Shown here piece by piece: positions 55,301 through 64,000 of a DNA stretch of 64,000 bases. This stretch comes from Oscillospiraceae bacterium (GTDB taxonomy: Bacteria > Bacillota > Clostridia > Oscillospirales > CAG-382): positions 10,224-74,223 of the forward strand of contig SVRF01000002.1 of assembly GCA_015064945.1 (NCBI GenBank), in the 5' to 3' direction. The translations under genes and the position numbers were made by a program. The notes under the pieces are model-generated. The model was not told the origin of the DNA, did no database searches, and saw only the letters and a program-made list of their open reading frames with translations. Positions within the stretch are counted from its first letter, which is position 1, and each line of letters begins with the position of its first letter.

Positions 55301-55897
55301 CAAAGATAAAAGGCGGCAGTCACGCATAAGCGTATTATTTACAACGTAGGGCAAACCTCAACATTTCATGTTAACGGCTCAAGATCTACGGTAGGGGTCG
55401 GCGCCCTCGACGACCCGTAACGCAACGCAAAGATAAAAGGCAACTGTTCACGCATAAACGTAAAAAACATAACGTAGGGCGGCGGTTTACTGCCGCCGTT
55501 ACCTTACAACAAGAACAAACGACAGGATTTGTGTATGCCACATCTCCTGCCGTTTTGTTTTATATTGCCGTTTTACCTCGGGTCGTCGAAGGCGCCGACC
55601 CCTACCGGTGCTATTTGTTGCGTTTTTGCGTAGAAACAGGGTTTTGTGTTATTGTCACGCTTCGGCGGGAGTAAACCCCCGCCCTACGACAATGCGCAAG
55701 GTTTTATGTAAAACCTTAAGGTCTGCGGTAGGGGTCGGCGCCCTCGACGACCCGAAGCGTATCATAAATACAAACCATAACATTTTTATAAATAAACATT
55801 GCAATTACAACGTAGGGCGGCGGTTTACTGCCGCCGTTACCTTACAACAAGAACAAACGACAGGATTTGTGACGTCACATCTCCTGCCGTTTTGTTT
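55301..55897. repeat. Family-1 REP/BIME-like elements, locus E (one full unit plus partial tandem units)
   Basis: GTAG hairpins: truncated at 55346; type 2 at 55391-55416, rc 55605-55579 and 55728-55753; type 1 at 55474-55498, rc 55687-55663 and 55812-55836. Internal hairpins at 55519-55553 and 55857-55890. Direct repeats of CAAAGATAAAAGGC...ACGCATAA at 55301 and 55428. Confidence 0.8.
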
Positions 55898-55931
55898 TTC
55901 ATTATTATAGGCATCGGCGTTAGGCTTTACC

Positions 55932-57674
55932 CTACTTCAAGCTGTATTTTTCGCTGTACTGCTTATACTGCATATCAAAGTCGCCGCCGCTTTTGGCACT
56001 GCGAAGCGTTTCGTGGATGTTCATGTGGTTTTGCGCTATCTCCAGCACACAGCCTGCCACGTTGGAGCAATGGTCGGAGGTACGCTCCAAAGCCGCAAGC
56101 ATATCCGTCCACACAAAGCCCACGTCAATGGTACATTTCTCCTGCTGAAGTCGCTGTATATGGCGGCTGCGCAGGGTCTCCTTAAGCTTGTCAATAACCT
56201 GCTCCAATGGCTCTACGGTTGTTGCCGCCTCCAGATCGTTGTTGATAAAGGCGTCAAGAGTTTTATCAAGTATCTCCTCAACGGCGGAGAAAAGCACCTC
56301 AAGCTCTGCCTTTGCGTCATCACTGAAGCTTTGACCCTTGTCACGTATCTCCTCTGCAGAGCAAACTATCTCTACTGCGTGGTCTGAAACACGCTCAAAG
56401 TCGCCGATTATCTTAAGCAGCTTTGCCGCCTCGGCACTGTCGCTGCCGCTTATGCGGCGGGTGCTTAATTTAACAAGGTACGTACCCAAAATATCCTCGT
56501 AATGGTCGGTTCTGTCCTCCTTCTCACGCACCTTTTGCGCAAGCTCCGCATTATAGTCCCGCGCAACGGAAAGACTTTGCTTAAGTGCGTGCACGGCAAC
56601 GGTTGCCATGTCGGAAGCGATGGTGTGGCAACGCTGAAGCGCCATGGGAGGTGTGGCAAGCAAACGCTCGTCCAAAAGCTCCACCGTGTCGGGTGCTTTG
56701 CCGTCGGGCACAAGACGTATAACAAGCTTTTCCAAAAGGCCTGCCATAGGGAACAGGATAACCGTACACAGCAAATTGAATATGGAGTGCACCACCGCTA
56801 TGCCGAATGCCGTAGCGTTTTCGCCCAGTATTGAAGGGCTAAGAGTAGCTTTAACTATCCAAAACGCAGCGAGCAGTATAATTGTACCGATAATGTTAAA
56901 GCTTAAATGCACAAAAGCTGTACGCTTTGCATTTTTGTTGGCACCAACAGAGGAAAGCATTGCCGTAACGCAGGTGCCTATATTTTGACCCATTATGATG
57001 GGAACCGCCGCACCGTAGCTTACACCGCCGGTAAGCGCCAGTGTTTGCAAAATACCCACGGAGGCGGAGGAGGACTGAATAATACCCGTAAGCACGGCAC
57101 CTGCCAGCACGCCGAGAATGGGGTTGGAAAACAGCACAAACAACTGCTGGAAGGCAGGCACATCTGCCAAGCCCTTAACCGCACCGGACATTATGTCCAT
57201 ACCGTACATAAGGGTAGCGAAGCCCAAAAGGATACTGCCCGTATCACGCTTTTTGCCGCCCTCGTTGGAAAGGAAATACAAAAGTCCAATAACAGCAAGT
57301 ATAGGTGTAAAAGAGCTGGGCTTAAACAGCTGTATCACCACATTGCCGCTTTCTATGCCGGTAAGGCTAAGTATCCAAGCGGTAACGGTGGTGCCGATAT
57401 TTGCGCCCATAATAACGTTTATCGCCTGCTTAAGGCTCATAATACCGCTGTTAACAAAGCCTACGACCATAACCGTGGTAGCGGAAGAGCTTTGAATTAC
57501 CGCAGTAACCCCAAGGCCCGTAAGCAGACCTGCAATGCGGTTGGTGGTAAGCTTACCCAAAAGCTCACGCAGTTTGTGACCTGCGCGGCGCTCCAAGGCT
57601 TGTCCCATAACATTCATACCAAAAAGGAACAGCGCAAGTCCGCCTATCATTTCCAGTACATCAAAAAGGTCCAT
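55932..57674 (-). CDS. Na/Pi cotransporter family protein with a C-terminal PhoU-like domain
   Basis: Two internal Na/Pi-cotransporter repeats (GANIGTT.TA / GQNIGTCVTA) and a helical PhoU-like C-terminus. Confidence 0.85.
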   Translation of the reverse strand: MDLFDVLEMIGGLALFLFGMNVMGQALERRAGHKLRELLGKLTTNRIAGLLTGLGVTAVIQSSSATTVMVVGFVNSGIMSLKQAINVIMGANIGTTVTAWILSLTGIESGNVVIQLFKPSSFTPILAVIGLLYFLSNEGGKKRDTGSILLGFATLMYGMDIMSGAVKGLADVPAFQQLFVLFSNPILGVLAGAVLTGIIQSSSASVGILQTLALTGGVSYGAAVPIIMGQNIGTCVTAMLSSVGANKNAKRTAFVHLSFNIIGTIILLAAFWIVKATLSPSILGENATAFGIAVVHSIFNLLCTVILFPMAGLLEKLVIRLVPDGKAPDTVELLDERLLATPPMALQRCHTIASDMATVAVHALKQSLSVARDYNAELAQKVREKEDRTDHYEDILGTYLVKLSTRRISGSDSAEAAKLLKIIGDFERVSDHAVEIVCSAEEIRDKGQSFSDDAKAELEVLFSAVEEILDKTLDAFINNDLEAATTVEPLEQVIDKLKETLRSRHIQRLQQEKCTIDVGFVWTDMLAALERTSDHCSNVAGCVLEIAQNHMNIHETLRSAKSGGDFDMQYKQYSEKYSLK

Positions 57675-57843
57675 ATAATCACTCCTTATCCAAGTTACAC
57701 ATTACAACAAAATTATTACATATATGTTAATACACGGCAAATATTCGTAAAAACACGACAAAAAAACACAAAGGCGGCATTCTCCTGAAAAACTTTGCTC
57801 GTGCAGATTTGTAATTATTACGGAAGGATTTATGTAAAAGCTA

Positions 57844-57872
57844 TTGTATTTCATAGGATTTTGAGGTATACT
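57844..57872 (+). promoter_or_regulatory. Putative sigma-A promoter for htrA
   Basis: TTGTAT (57844-57849), 17-nt spacer, TATACT (57867-57872). This implies a 5' UTR of about 120 nt. Confidence 0.5.
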
Positions 57873-57994
57873 ATATGGGAATTTTGGTTATTTTAAGCAC
57901 ATTTTAATTTTATTTACAGTTTTATTTAAGACAGCGCATATATTATTTAGCCATAACCTGTACGGTCTTATTTAATGAAAGTGAGCGATCTGCA

Positions 57995-59494
57995 ATGTAC
58001 GAGAAAGACGAAAACTTAAACAAAGAACAAACCGGCACAAACGAAGAAACAAAGGCTGTTTTTAATACAGCACCCGAGGAAGCCCACAGTGCGGAGCAGG
58101 GAAAAGAAGACTTTATCCTTCCGCCCCAAGGCAGATATACCTGCTATTCCGACGGCAGCAGTAAAAACATCAGTGCGGCAAGCCGACCTATGTATTCTCC
58201 TAACGGTGCGCCCTACGGCTATGCCCACAGCACTACCGCCCCAAAACCCCAAAAATCCATACTGGGCGTAGTCCTTGCCTCTGTAGGCATCACCTTGCTT
58301 ATATGCGCCTTGGTATGGGGCGTTGTTGTTTACGGACCGAAGCTTTTAAGCGCTGACAAAAACAGCACGAACGGCGGAGAAGAAAGTGCTGTAGCAGCCC
58401 AAAGCGGTGTCGAGAAACTTAACGGTGCCGATTACGAGTCAATACCCGAGATCGTTACCATAAACCCTACGCCGGAGGAAGGCTATGACAGCTTGGTGGA
58501 TCTTTATAACAAATGCGCACCCAGCTGTGTAACCATAAAAAGCACGGTGGAGTATAACAACGGCTTTTACACGCAAGAAGGTGTAAGCCTCGGCAGCGGC
58601 TTTGTTATTGAGGGCAAGGACCCCAAGACCGAAAAAACAGGCTTTTACATCATCACCAACCACCACGTTATTGAGGATGCAAAGAGCATAGACGTTAAGT
58701 TTTACGACGACAGCACCTATACTGCTACCCTTATCGGCTCTGATGAAATGACGGATATTGCTGTTTTGTCCATAGAAAAGACCGATCTTGTACCCCTGCA
58801 GTTTGGAGACAGCGACAGCCTTATGGTGGGACAGTGGGTCGTTGCCATAGGCACCCCCTCTGATGAGGAGTTTGCGGGTACTATGTCCTACGGCATAATC
58901 TCAGGCGTTAACAGAGATCTACAGATAACCAACAGCTACGGCTCGGTTGTTAAGACTATGACGGTTATACAGACCACCGCCACCCTTAATCCCGGCAACA
59001 GCGGCGGCCCCCTTATAGATATGTCAGGTCAGGTCGTGGGCATAAACGCAATGAAGCTTTCCGAAAGCTATGAGAGCATGGGCTTTGCTCTGCCTGCCTC
59101 CTCTGCAAAAAATATCATCAACAGTCTTATCGCCTTCGGAGAGGTCGTTGACAGAACAGACAGCTTTGTTGTGGGCTCTGCAAAGCTTGGCATTACGGGC
59201 GCTACCGTTTCCGATGATATAAAGGACGACTACAGACTTGGCGAGGACTGTCCCGACGGTGTGCTTGTAACCAACGTAAGCCGCGGCACCGCAGTATATG
59301 AAGCAGGGCTCAGCATCTACGACGTTATTACCGAGTTTGACGGCAAGGAGATAAAGACCATCGAGGAGCTGCAAGCCGCAATAAAAGAAGCAGGCGCAGG
59401 CAAAAAGGTAGTTCTTAAGTTCTACCGTCCCGGCAGACTTAAAGAAGAAGGCGATTACCACACCATCTCCTTTGTTTTGGACTACGCAAATTAA
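57995..59494 (+). CDS. htrA: HtrA/DegP-family serine protease (S1C) with a PDZ domain, membrane-anchored
   Basis: N-terminal cytoplasmic region and the TM segment ILGVVLASVGITLLICALVWGVVVYG. Catalytic triad context TNHHVI / DIAVL / GNSGGPL, and a C-terminal PDZ domain. Confidence 0.85.
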   Translation: MYEKDENLNKEQTGTNEETKAVFNTAPEEAHSAEQGKEDFILPPQGRYTCYSDGSSKNISAASRPMYSPNGAPYGYAHSTTAPKPQKSILGVVLASVGITLLICALVWGVVVYGPKLLSADKNSTNGGEESAVAAQSGVEKLNGADYESIPEIVTINPTPEEGYDSLVDLYNKCAPSCVTIKSTVEYNNGFYTQEGVSLGSGFVIEGKDPKTEKTGFYIITNHHVIEDAKSIDVKFYDDSTYTATLIGSDEMTDIAVLSIEKTDLVPLQFGDSDSLMVGQWVVAIGTPSDEEFAGTMSYGIISGVNRDLQITNSYGSVVKTMTVIQTTATLNPGNSGGPLIDMSGQVVGINAMKLSESYESMGFALPASSAKNIINSLIAFGEVVDRTDSFVVGSAKLGITGATVSDDIKDDYRLGEDCPDGVLVTNVSRGTAVYEAGLSIYDVITEFDGKEIKTIEELQAAIKEAGAGKKVVLKFYRPGRLKEEGDYHTISFVLDYAN

Positions 59495-59521
59495 AATATA
59501 AAAGGGACGTGGTTTTTAGTT

Positions 59522-60634
59522 ATGAAGGCTATCGTTATACCCGATAAATTTAAAGGCACAATGGACGCCCGTACAGCAGGCGAAGCAATAAGAAAAGGCA
59601 TAATTTCGGTTATGCCTTTTTGCTCTGTTTTAAGGCTTACCGCCGCAGACGGCGGTGACGGAACGGCAGATGCTTACATAGACAACGCAGGCGGCGAAAA
59701 GCGCTTTGTTACCGTAACGGGTCCCAACGGTCAGCCCGTGCACACCTATTTTGCAAAGCTTAGCGACGGCACTGCGGTAATAGAAATGGCGAAAGCAAGC
59801 GGACTTGCCGTAGCCGAGGAGGGCAGTACGCCTCTGCATACCACCACCTACGGCACGGGCGAGCTTATAAGGGCGGCGCTGGACGAGGGATGCCGCAAGC
59901 TTATCATAGGCATCGGCGGCAGCGCCACCAACGACGGCGGCGTGGGTATGGCGGCGGCTCTCGGCGGCAGGTTTCTGGACGCAGAGGGCAAGTCTATAGA
60001 GCTTACGGGCGGCGGACTTACAAGTCTTAACACCATGGACCTTGGCGGTCTGGACGAACGCATTAAAGAAAGCGAAATACTTGTTGCCTGTGACGTGGAT
60101 AACCCCCTTTGCGGCAAAGACGGGGCGGCAGAGACCTTCTCCCGTCAGAAGGGCGCAGACGAAGAAGCGGTAAAGGAGCTGGACAAGGGTCTGCTTATAC
60201 TTTCCCGGGTGGCTAAGCGTTGCGGAGCAGGCGATATGCTGAGTCTTAAGGGCGGCGGTGCCGCAGGCGGTTTGGGCGCAGGGCTTGCGGTATTCCTCGG
60301 CGGTAAGCTTGTGGAAGGTGCGCCGTTGCTTTTGGAGGCTTGCGGCTTTGAAAAGCACGCACGTGATGCAGACTTTATCATAACGGGCGAGGGCAGCTTG
60401 GATGCCCAAAGCCTGCACGGAAAACTGCCTGCCGCAGTGGCAGAGCGTGCCGCAGGCAAAAAGGTTGCGGTTATAGGCGGCAGGGTGTTGCTTAACGAAG
60501 AGGAAGCGAAAAACGCAGGCTTCTTCTGCGTAGAAGAAGCAAGTCCCAAGGGACTTAGTATGGACGAAATAAAGCTGCGTTGTGAAAAAGATCTGGAAGA
60601 TGCCGCCGCAAGGGTGGCAAGGAGGTTTATGTGA
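59522..60634 (+). CDS. glxK: Glycerate kinase
   Basis: MKAIVIPDKFKGTM N-terminus and a full-length glycerate kinase-like sequence (GIGGSATNDGGVGM). Confidence 0.85.
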   Translation: MKAIVIPDKFKGTMDARTAGEAIRKGIISVMPFCSVLRLTAADGGDGTADAYIDNAGGEKRFVTVTGPNGQPVHTYFAKLSDGTAVIEMAKASGLAVAEEGSTPLHTTTYGTGELIRAALDEGCRKLIIGIGGSATNDGGVGMAAALGGRFLDAEGKSIELTGGGLTSLNTMDLGGLDERIKESEILVACDVDNPLCGKDGAAETFSRQKGADEEAVKELDKGLLILSRVAKRCGAGDMLSLKGGGAAGGLGAGLAVFLGGKLVEGAPLLLEACGFEKHARDADFIITGEGSLDAQSLHGKLPAAVAERAAGKKVAVIGGRVLLNEEEAKNAGFFCVEEASPKGLSMDEIKLRCEKDLEDAAARVARRFM

Positions 60635-61830
60635 GAATAAGCCAAATTACGGAAACAATAAAAAGGGGCGGTTACGACACCGCCTTCAAAGCATTATATG
60701 CAGATGCCGGCAACGGCAGAAAAAGAGCGGTCGCCCTGTGTGAGGATTTTGCAGAGCGTTTCGGTGATTTGGAAGACGCCGCTTTGTTTTCCGCACCGGG
60801 CAGGATGGAGATCATAGGCAACCACACCGATCACAACGGCGGTCAGGCAGTGGGTGCGGCAATAGACAGGGATATTTTGGCGATAGCCGCCCCCGTTGAC
60901 GGTATAGTCAATATATACGAGGGCGAGGTTCTTACCGAAGCCAAGCTTGATGAAGCAGCGGAAAAAGGCAGCTCTGCCGCATTGGCGGCAGGTATGGCAC
61001 GTCGCTTCGGCGGCGGCTTTTGCGCCTGTACGGACAGCCGCATCCCCATAGGAAAGGGGCTCTCCTCCTCGGCGGCGTTTGCCCTTTTGTGCGGCAAGAT
61101 AGCGGACAGCTTTTACGGCAATGGCGCAACGGAGATGGAGCTTGCCTTGGCGGCAAAGCTTACGGAAAACGAAGATTTCGGCAAAAAATGCGGTCTGCTT
61201 GACCAGATAAGCTGTGCCTTCGGCGGTACGGTGCATATAGATTTCAGCTCCCCCATCCCCACCGTAAGCCCCGTTGCGTACAATGTGGGCGATATGGGCA
61301 TATTCCTTGTGGATACAGGGGTAAGCCACGCAGGAGCGGACAGTAAATACGGACAGATAGCGGAGGATATGGAGTGTGCCGCCGCATATTTCGGTGCATC
61401 CCGACTTGGCGAGGTATCCACCGAGTTGTTTGCGGAAAAGAAGGAGAGAATGCGCCTTAAGCTTGGTGACAGGGTCTACAGACGCGCCCTGCATTTCTTT
61501 GACGAGAACAAGCGTGTGAGCTTCTTCTGCCGCCGTGCGGCGCTGGGTCAGCTGCCCGTTTGCCTATACGCCGTTAACGGAAGCGGCATTTCTTCACGCA
61601 CTAACCTGTGCAACGTTCACACCGAAGCTAACGAAGCTACCGAAGCACTTAAGGACATAGCGGCGGCTATACGTATACACGGCGGCGGCTTTGGCGGCAG
61701 TATACAATGCTACGTACCCAAGGAAAAGACGGCACAGTTTACCGAAAAGATGGAAGAGCTTTTCGGCAAGGGCTGTGTTATCCCTGCCAATATAAGAGCC
61801 GCAGGCGTCTGCAAGCTTGACCATGAATAA
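60631..61830 (+). CDS. GHMP kinase, galactokinase-like with a variant substrate motif
   Basis: APGRMEIIGNHTDHNGG, where galactokinase has GRVNLIGEHTDYNGG. GHMP motif PIGKGLSSSAA and a later GGGFGG. The GTG start overlaps the glxK stop. Confidence 0.7.
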   Translation: MRISQITETIKRGGYDTAFKALYADAGNGRKRAVALCEDFAERFGDLEDAALFSAPGRMEIIGNHTDHNGGQAVGAAIDRDILAIAAPVDGIVNIYEGEVLTEAKLDEAAEKGSSAALAAGMARRFGGGFCACTDSRIPIGKGLSSSAAFALLCGKIADSFYGNGATEMELALAAKLTENEDFGKKCGLLDQISCAFGGTVHIDFSSPIPTVSPVAYNVGDMGIFLVDTGVSHAGADSKYGQIAEDMECAAAYFGASRLGEVSTELFAEKKERMRLKLGDRVYRRALHFFDENKRVSFFCRRAALGQLPVCLYAVNGSGISSRTNLCNVHTEANEATEALKDIAAAIRIHGGGFGGSIQCYVPKEKTAQFTEKMEELFGKGCVIPANIRAAGVCKLDHE

Positions 61831-62629
61831 GCTTAAAGCATACACCCTGTTTTCCTCCTCCAAGGGGAACAGTACATATATCAGCTACGGGAAGGACAGC
61901 TTTTTGATAGACGCAGGCGCTTCTATGAAGGGTATTTCCGCAGCGGTGGAGTCGCTGGGCGGCAGTCTTAAAGCCCTGCGTGGGATTTTTGTCAGCCACG
62001 AGCACGACGACCACACCAAAGGGCTTAAGGTCATTGCCAAAAACTGCGGTCTGCCCATCTATACCGACCCCAAGTGTATGAATATCATAAGTATGCACGC
62101 ACCGGAGACGGAGGAGTGGCTTGTACCCACCCTTGCCGGTGACGTGGTACATATAGGCGACATAAAGGTGACGGTCTACCCCACCCCCCACGACAGCGTG
62201 CGCAGCTTTTGCTACCGCATAGAGACGGCAGGGGGCACCCTTGGCTACGCCACGGACATAGGTCATATCAGTGACGAGGTGCAGGACGCCGTCTTCGGCT
62301 GTGACAGCGTGCTTATAGAGTCCAATTACGACCCCTATCTTTTGGAAAACGGCCCTTATCCTCAGTTTTTAAAGGAACGTATAGGCGGTAACAGGGGGCA
62401 TCTTTCCAACACCGCCTGCGCCTGTATTGCGCCGGTGCTTGCCCGTTGCGGCACACGCAGTATATGCCTTGCCCACCTCAGCGAAAACAACAACACCCCA
62501 CGCCTTGCCTTTGACGCCACCAAGGAACGGCTGAACGAATACGGCGTAAAGCTGTGCGGCGAGACATTTGCAGGGGATCTGCGATTGCAGGTGGCAGGGG
62601 TTGCAAAGATAACGGAGATAACCTTATAA
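61823..62629 (+). CDS. MBL-fold metallo-hydrolase (YycJ-like)
   Basis: SHEHDDHTKG metal motif. The ATG at 61823 overlaps the GHMP kinase stop (ATGAATAA). Confidence 0.75.
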   Translation: MNKLKAYTLFSSSKGNSTYISYGKDSFLIDAGASMKGISAAVESLGGSLKALRGIFVSHEHDDHTKGLKVIAKNCGLPIYTDPKCMNIISMHAPETEEWLVPTLAGDVVHIGDIKVTVYPTPHDSVRSFCYRIETAGGTLGYATDIGHISDEVQDAVFGCDSVLIESNYDPYLLENGPYPQFLKERIGGNRGHLSNTACACIAPVLARCGTRSICLAHLSENNNTPRLAFDATKERLNEYGVKLCGETFAGDLRLQVAGVAKITEITL

Positions 62630-62652
62630 CCAATTAAAACTTTATAACAAAT

Positions 62653-62687
62653 ACGGTAGGAGTTGTGAATGTCACAACTCCTACCGT
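62653..62687. terminator. Bidirectional rho-independent terminator (16-bp perfect stem)
   Basis: ACGGTAGGAGTTGTGA-atg-TCACAACTCCTACCGT, flanked by an A-rich tract upstream and TAATTTTTAT downstream. It lies between the convergent MBL and ABC permease genes. Confidence 0.8.
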
Positions 62688-62748
62688 TAATTTTTATGTT
62701 ATGGCGCAGAACCGCCTGCTCTGTTTTTTGCCACTTCGCCTTTGCTTT

Positions 62749-63501
62749 TTAAAGCTCGGTCTTTCTGCTGAAAAACAATCCCGCACCGAGGAACGCCGCA
62801 ATATACAGCGGTGATGCCACGAATGCCCTTGTCAAGATCTCCGTATCCACAGGTAAATAGGTAAGGTTGCCGATGAAGATAGGGTACCAAAACTCGGACA
62901 AAAGCGTATCCTCGTTATCCAAAACAAGGTCTGCCAACGACAGCACCAAACTGCCCAATGCGGGAGTTACGATATAAGCGGCGATGGACCTGCCGTTTTT
63001 GCGAAGCAGAAAAGCCAAGAAGAATGCCGCCGCCGTCTCTGCCATCACGGCAAGGTACTGGGCGCCCATAATGGCGAAAAGTCTGCCGTATGCCTCGCCT
63101 ACCTCGAAAAACACAGTCCCCATACAAAAAGCAAACAGCACGCAAAGAACAAACATAACGCTTACGGAAGTCCCTACGGATATTGCCTTTGCAAAGAAAA
63201 CCTGTACACGGGTATAACCCTTTGATATGATGTTCTTTACGGTCTGCTGTTCGAAATCCTCGCAAACAAAAAGCACGGCAAATATACCCGCTATAAGAGT
63301 AAAGGAGGTGCTGTAAACCGCCTCAAGCATAGCGTCCGTCCCCGAAGCGCTTAAATACACAAAAGCAAGGGGATCCTCCTTTAACACCAGCTTGGTGCTT
63401 ATCAATGTAAGTATCTGCTCTATAAAAATTATGGCGGTGCAAATATAAAAGCTTTTTCTTCTTTTAAGCTTGTAAAACTCCAGCTTTAACAAATCCTTCA
63501 T
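62749..63501 (-). CDS. ABC-2 type transporter permease
   Basis: 250 aa with about 6 hydrophobic segments. It starts 1 nt after the stop of the ATPase gene. Confidence 0.6.
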   Translation of the reverse strand: MKDLLKLEFYKLKRRKSFYICTAIIFIEQILTLISTKLVLKEDPLAFVYLSASGTDAMLEAVYSTSFTLIAGIFAVLFVCEDFEQQTVKNIISKGYTRVQVFFAKAISVGTSVSVMFVLCVLFAFCMGTVFFEVGEAYGRLFAIMGAQYLAVMAETAAAFFLAFLLRKNGRSIAAYIVTPALGSLVLSLADLVLDNEDTLLSEFWYPIFIGNLTYLPVDTEILTRAFVASPLYIAAFLGAGLFFSRKTEL

Positions 63502-63502
63502 A

Positions 63503-64000
63503 CTATCTGCCCATCCTTTCTATAAAGAACTGCTCCAGGGCAAGGCTTTCGTTTTTCAGCTCGTAGACCCTGACGCCGCCGCTTGCAAGGAGCAAATTAA
63601 GCTCTGACAGGTCGTAAACAGGAGAGGTTATCCGTACAAAGCCGTTTTGCGGCTCTGCTTTCATCAGCGGGTACTTCTCACCGATAAGCCTTATTGCCTC
63701 TTCCACATTGTCTACCGCAACCTTTATAGAGGTGCCGCACTTTTCAGCTATCTCCCCTGCAGAAAGCTCCTCGGTGAGATAGCCGCAGTTCATTATGCCG
63801 TAGGTGGTGGCTATCTTGCCAAGCTCGTCAATAAGGTGGCTGGATATAAGCACAGTTACCCCTTCAGCGGCAAGCTTTACGATAATATCACGTACGTCCT
63901 TTATCCCTTCCGGGTCAAGACCGTTGACAGGCTCGTCAAGTATAAGCAGCTCGGGCTTGCCAAGGAGCGCTATGGCAATGCCAAGTCTTTGGCGCATACC
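63503..64000 (-). CDS. ABC transporter ATP-binding protein (N-terminal part lies outside the window)
   Basis: The Q-rich signature tail ..MRQRLGIAIAL, Walker B LLILDEP, D-loop and H-loop SSH. The reading frame stays open to the window edge. Confidence 0.8.
   Translation of the reverse strand, partial: GMRQRLGIAIALLGKPELLILDEPVNGLDPEGIKDVRDIIVKLAAEGVTVLISSHLIDELGKIATTYGIMNCGYLTEELSAGEIAEKCGTSIKVAVDNVEEAIRLIGEKYPLMKAEPQNGFVRITSPVYDLSELNLLLASGGVRVYELKNESLALEQFFIERMGR

Noticed and set aside
55301-55897. Possible CRISPR array, because repeated GC-rich palindromic units occur here
   Set aside because: The repeats occur in both orientations, are irregularly spaced, belong to two different hairpin types and are embedded in a longer conserved unit. 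No cas genes or leader sequence are present.
55608-56185. ORFs of 100 aa and 128 aa spanning the repeat cluster and the 3' end of the Na/Pi transporter gene
   Set aside because: They are composed of translated repeat hairpins and of sequence antisense to a real gene. The same applies to 328-609 (minus), 33677-33868 and 55044-55283 (minus).
57695-57732. TTACAC / TTACAA / TTACAT / TTAATA hexamers upstream of the Na/Pi cotransporter as PhoP (Pho box) sites
   Set aside because: The region is AT-rich promoter or 5'-UTR sequence only 20-60 nt from the start codon. The spacing is only partly 11-bp periodic, and such hexamers are expected by chance. This is not supportable without a PhoP motif model or comparative data.

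Overview
This is a core-chromosome window from what looks like a moderately GC-rich, spore-forming Clostridia (Firmicutes) genome; PolC, AddAB, SpoIIR and MEP-pathway genes are all present. I call about 50 protein genes and 2 tRNAs. I see no phage, IS/transposase, integrase, CRISPR or recognisable toxin or defence genes.

Gene layout:
- A roughly 22-kb minus-strand block keeps classic Firmicute synteny: pyrH-frr-uppS-cdsA-dxr-rseP-ispG-polC, then a DUF362/ferredoxin gene coupled to ispE, then spoIIR, addB, addA and a secreted esterase.
- Other minus-strand units: an HExxH lipoprotein plus a hydrolase-like paralog; an orphan OmpR-type response regulator; secA, two unknown membrane proteins, asnB and mscS; a Na/Pi cotransporter; an ABC-2 transporter.
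- Plus-strand units: proS (3' end); dut-pgeF; an sbcD-like/yhaN-like pair, recG and dus; ychF; an ECF sigma and putative anti-sigma plus two paralogous DUF4340-like lipoproteins; tRNA-Met/tRNA-Glu; an SPFH protein plus a ribbon-helix-helix protein; trmL-mnmE-mnmG-rsmG and a small radical SAM/SPASM protein; htrA; glxK, a GHMP kinase and an MBL hydrolase.

The ORF track uses alternative start codons. I moved several starts to downstream ATG/GTG codons that have a ribosome-binding site.

The most unusual content is non-coding: two families of structured intergenic repeats.
- Family 1 is built from GC hairpins prefixed by GTAG, arranged in inverted pairs between convergent genes (REP/BIME-like), with compensatory base changes in the stems.
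- Family 2 begins 3-4 nt after stop codons. It has a conserved mismatched hairpin, a GGGGACCCC motif and a hairpin clamped by T and A tracts.

Everything here was read by eye. No homology searches or folding calculations were run.
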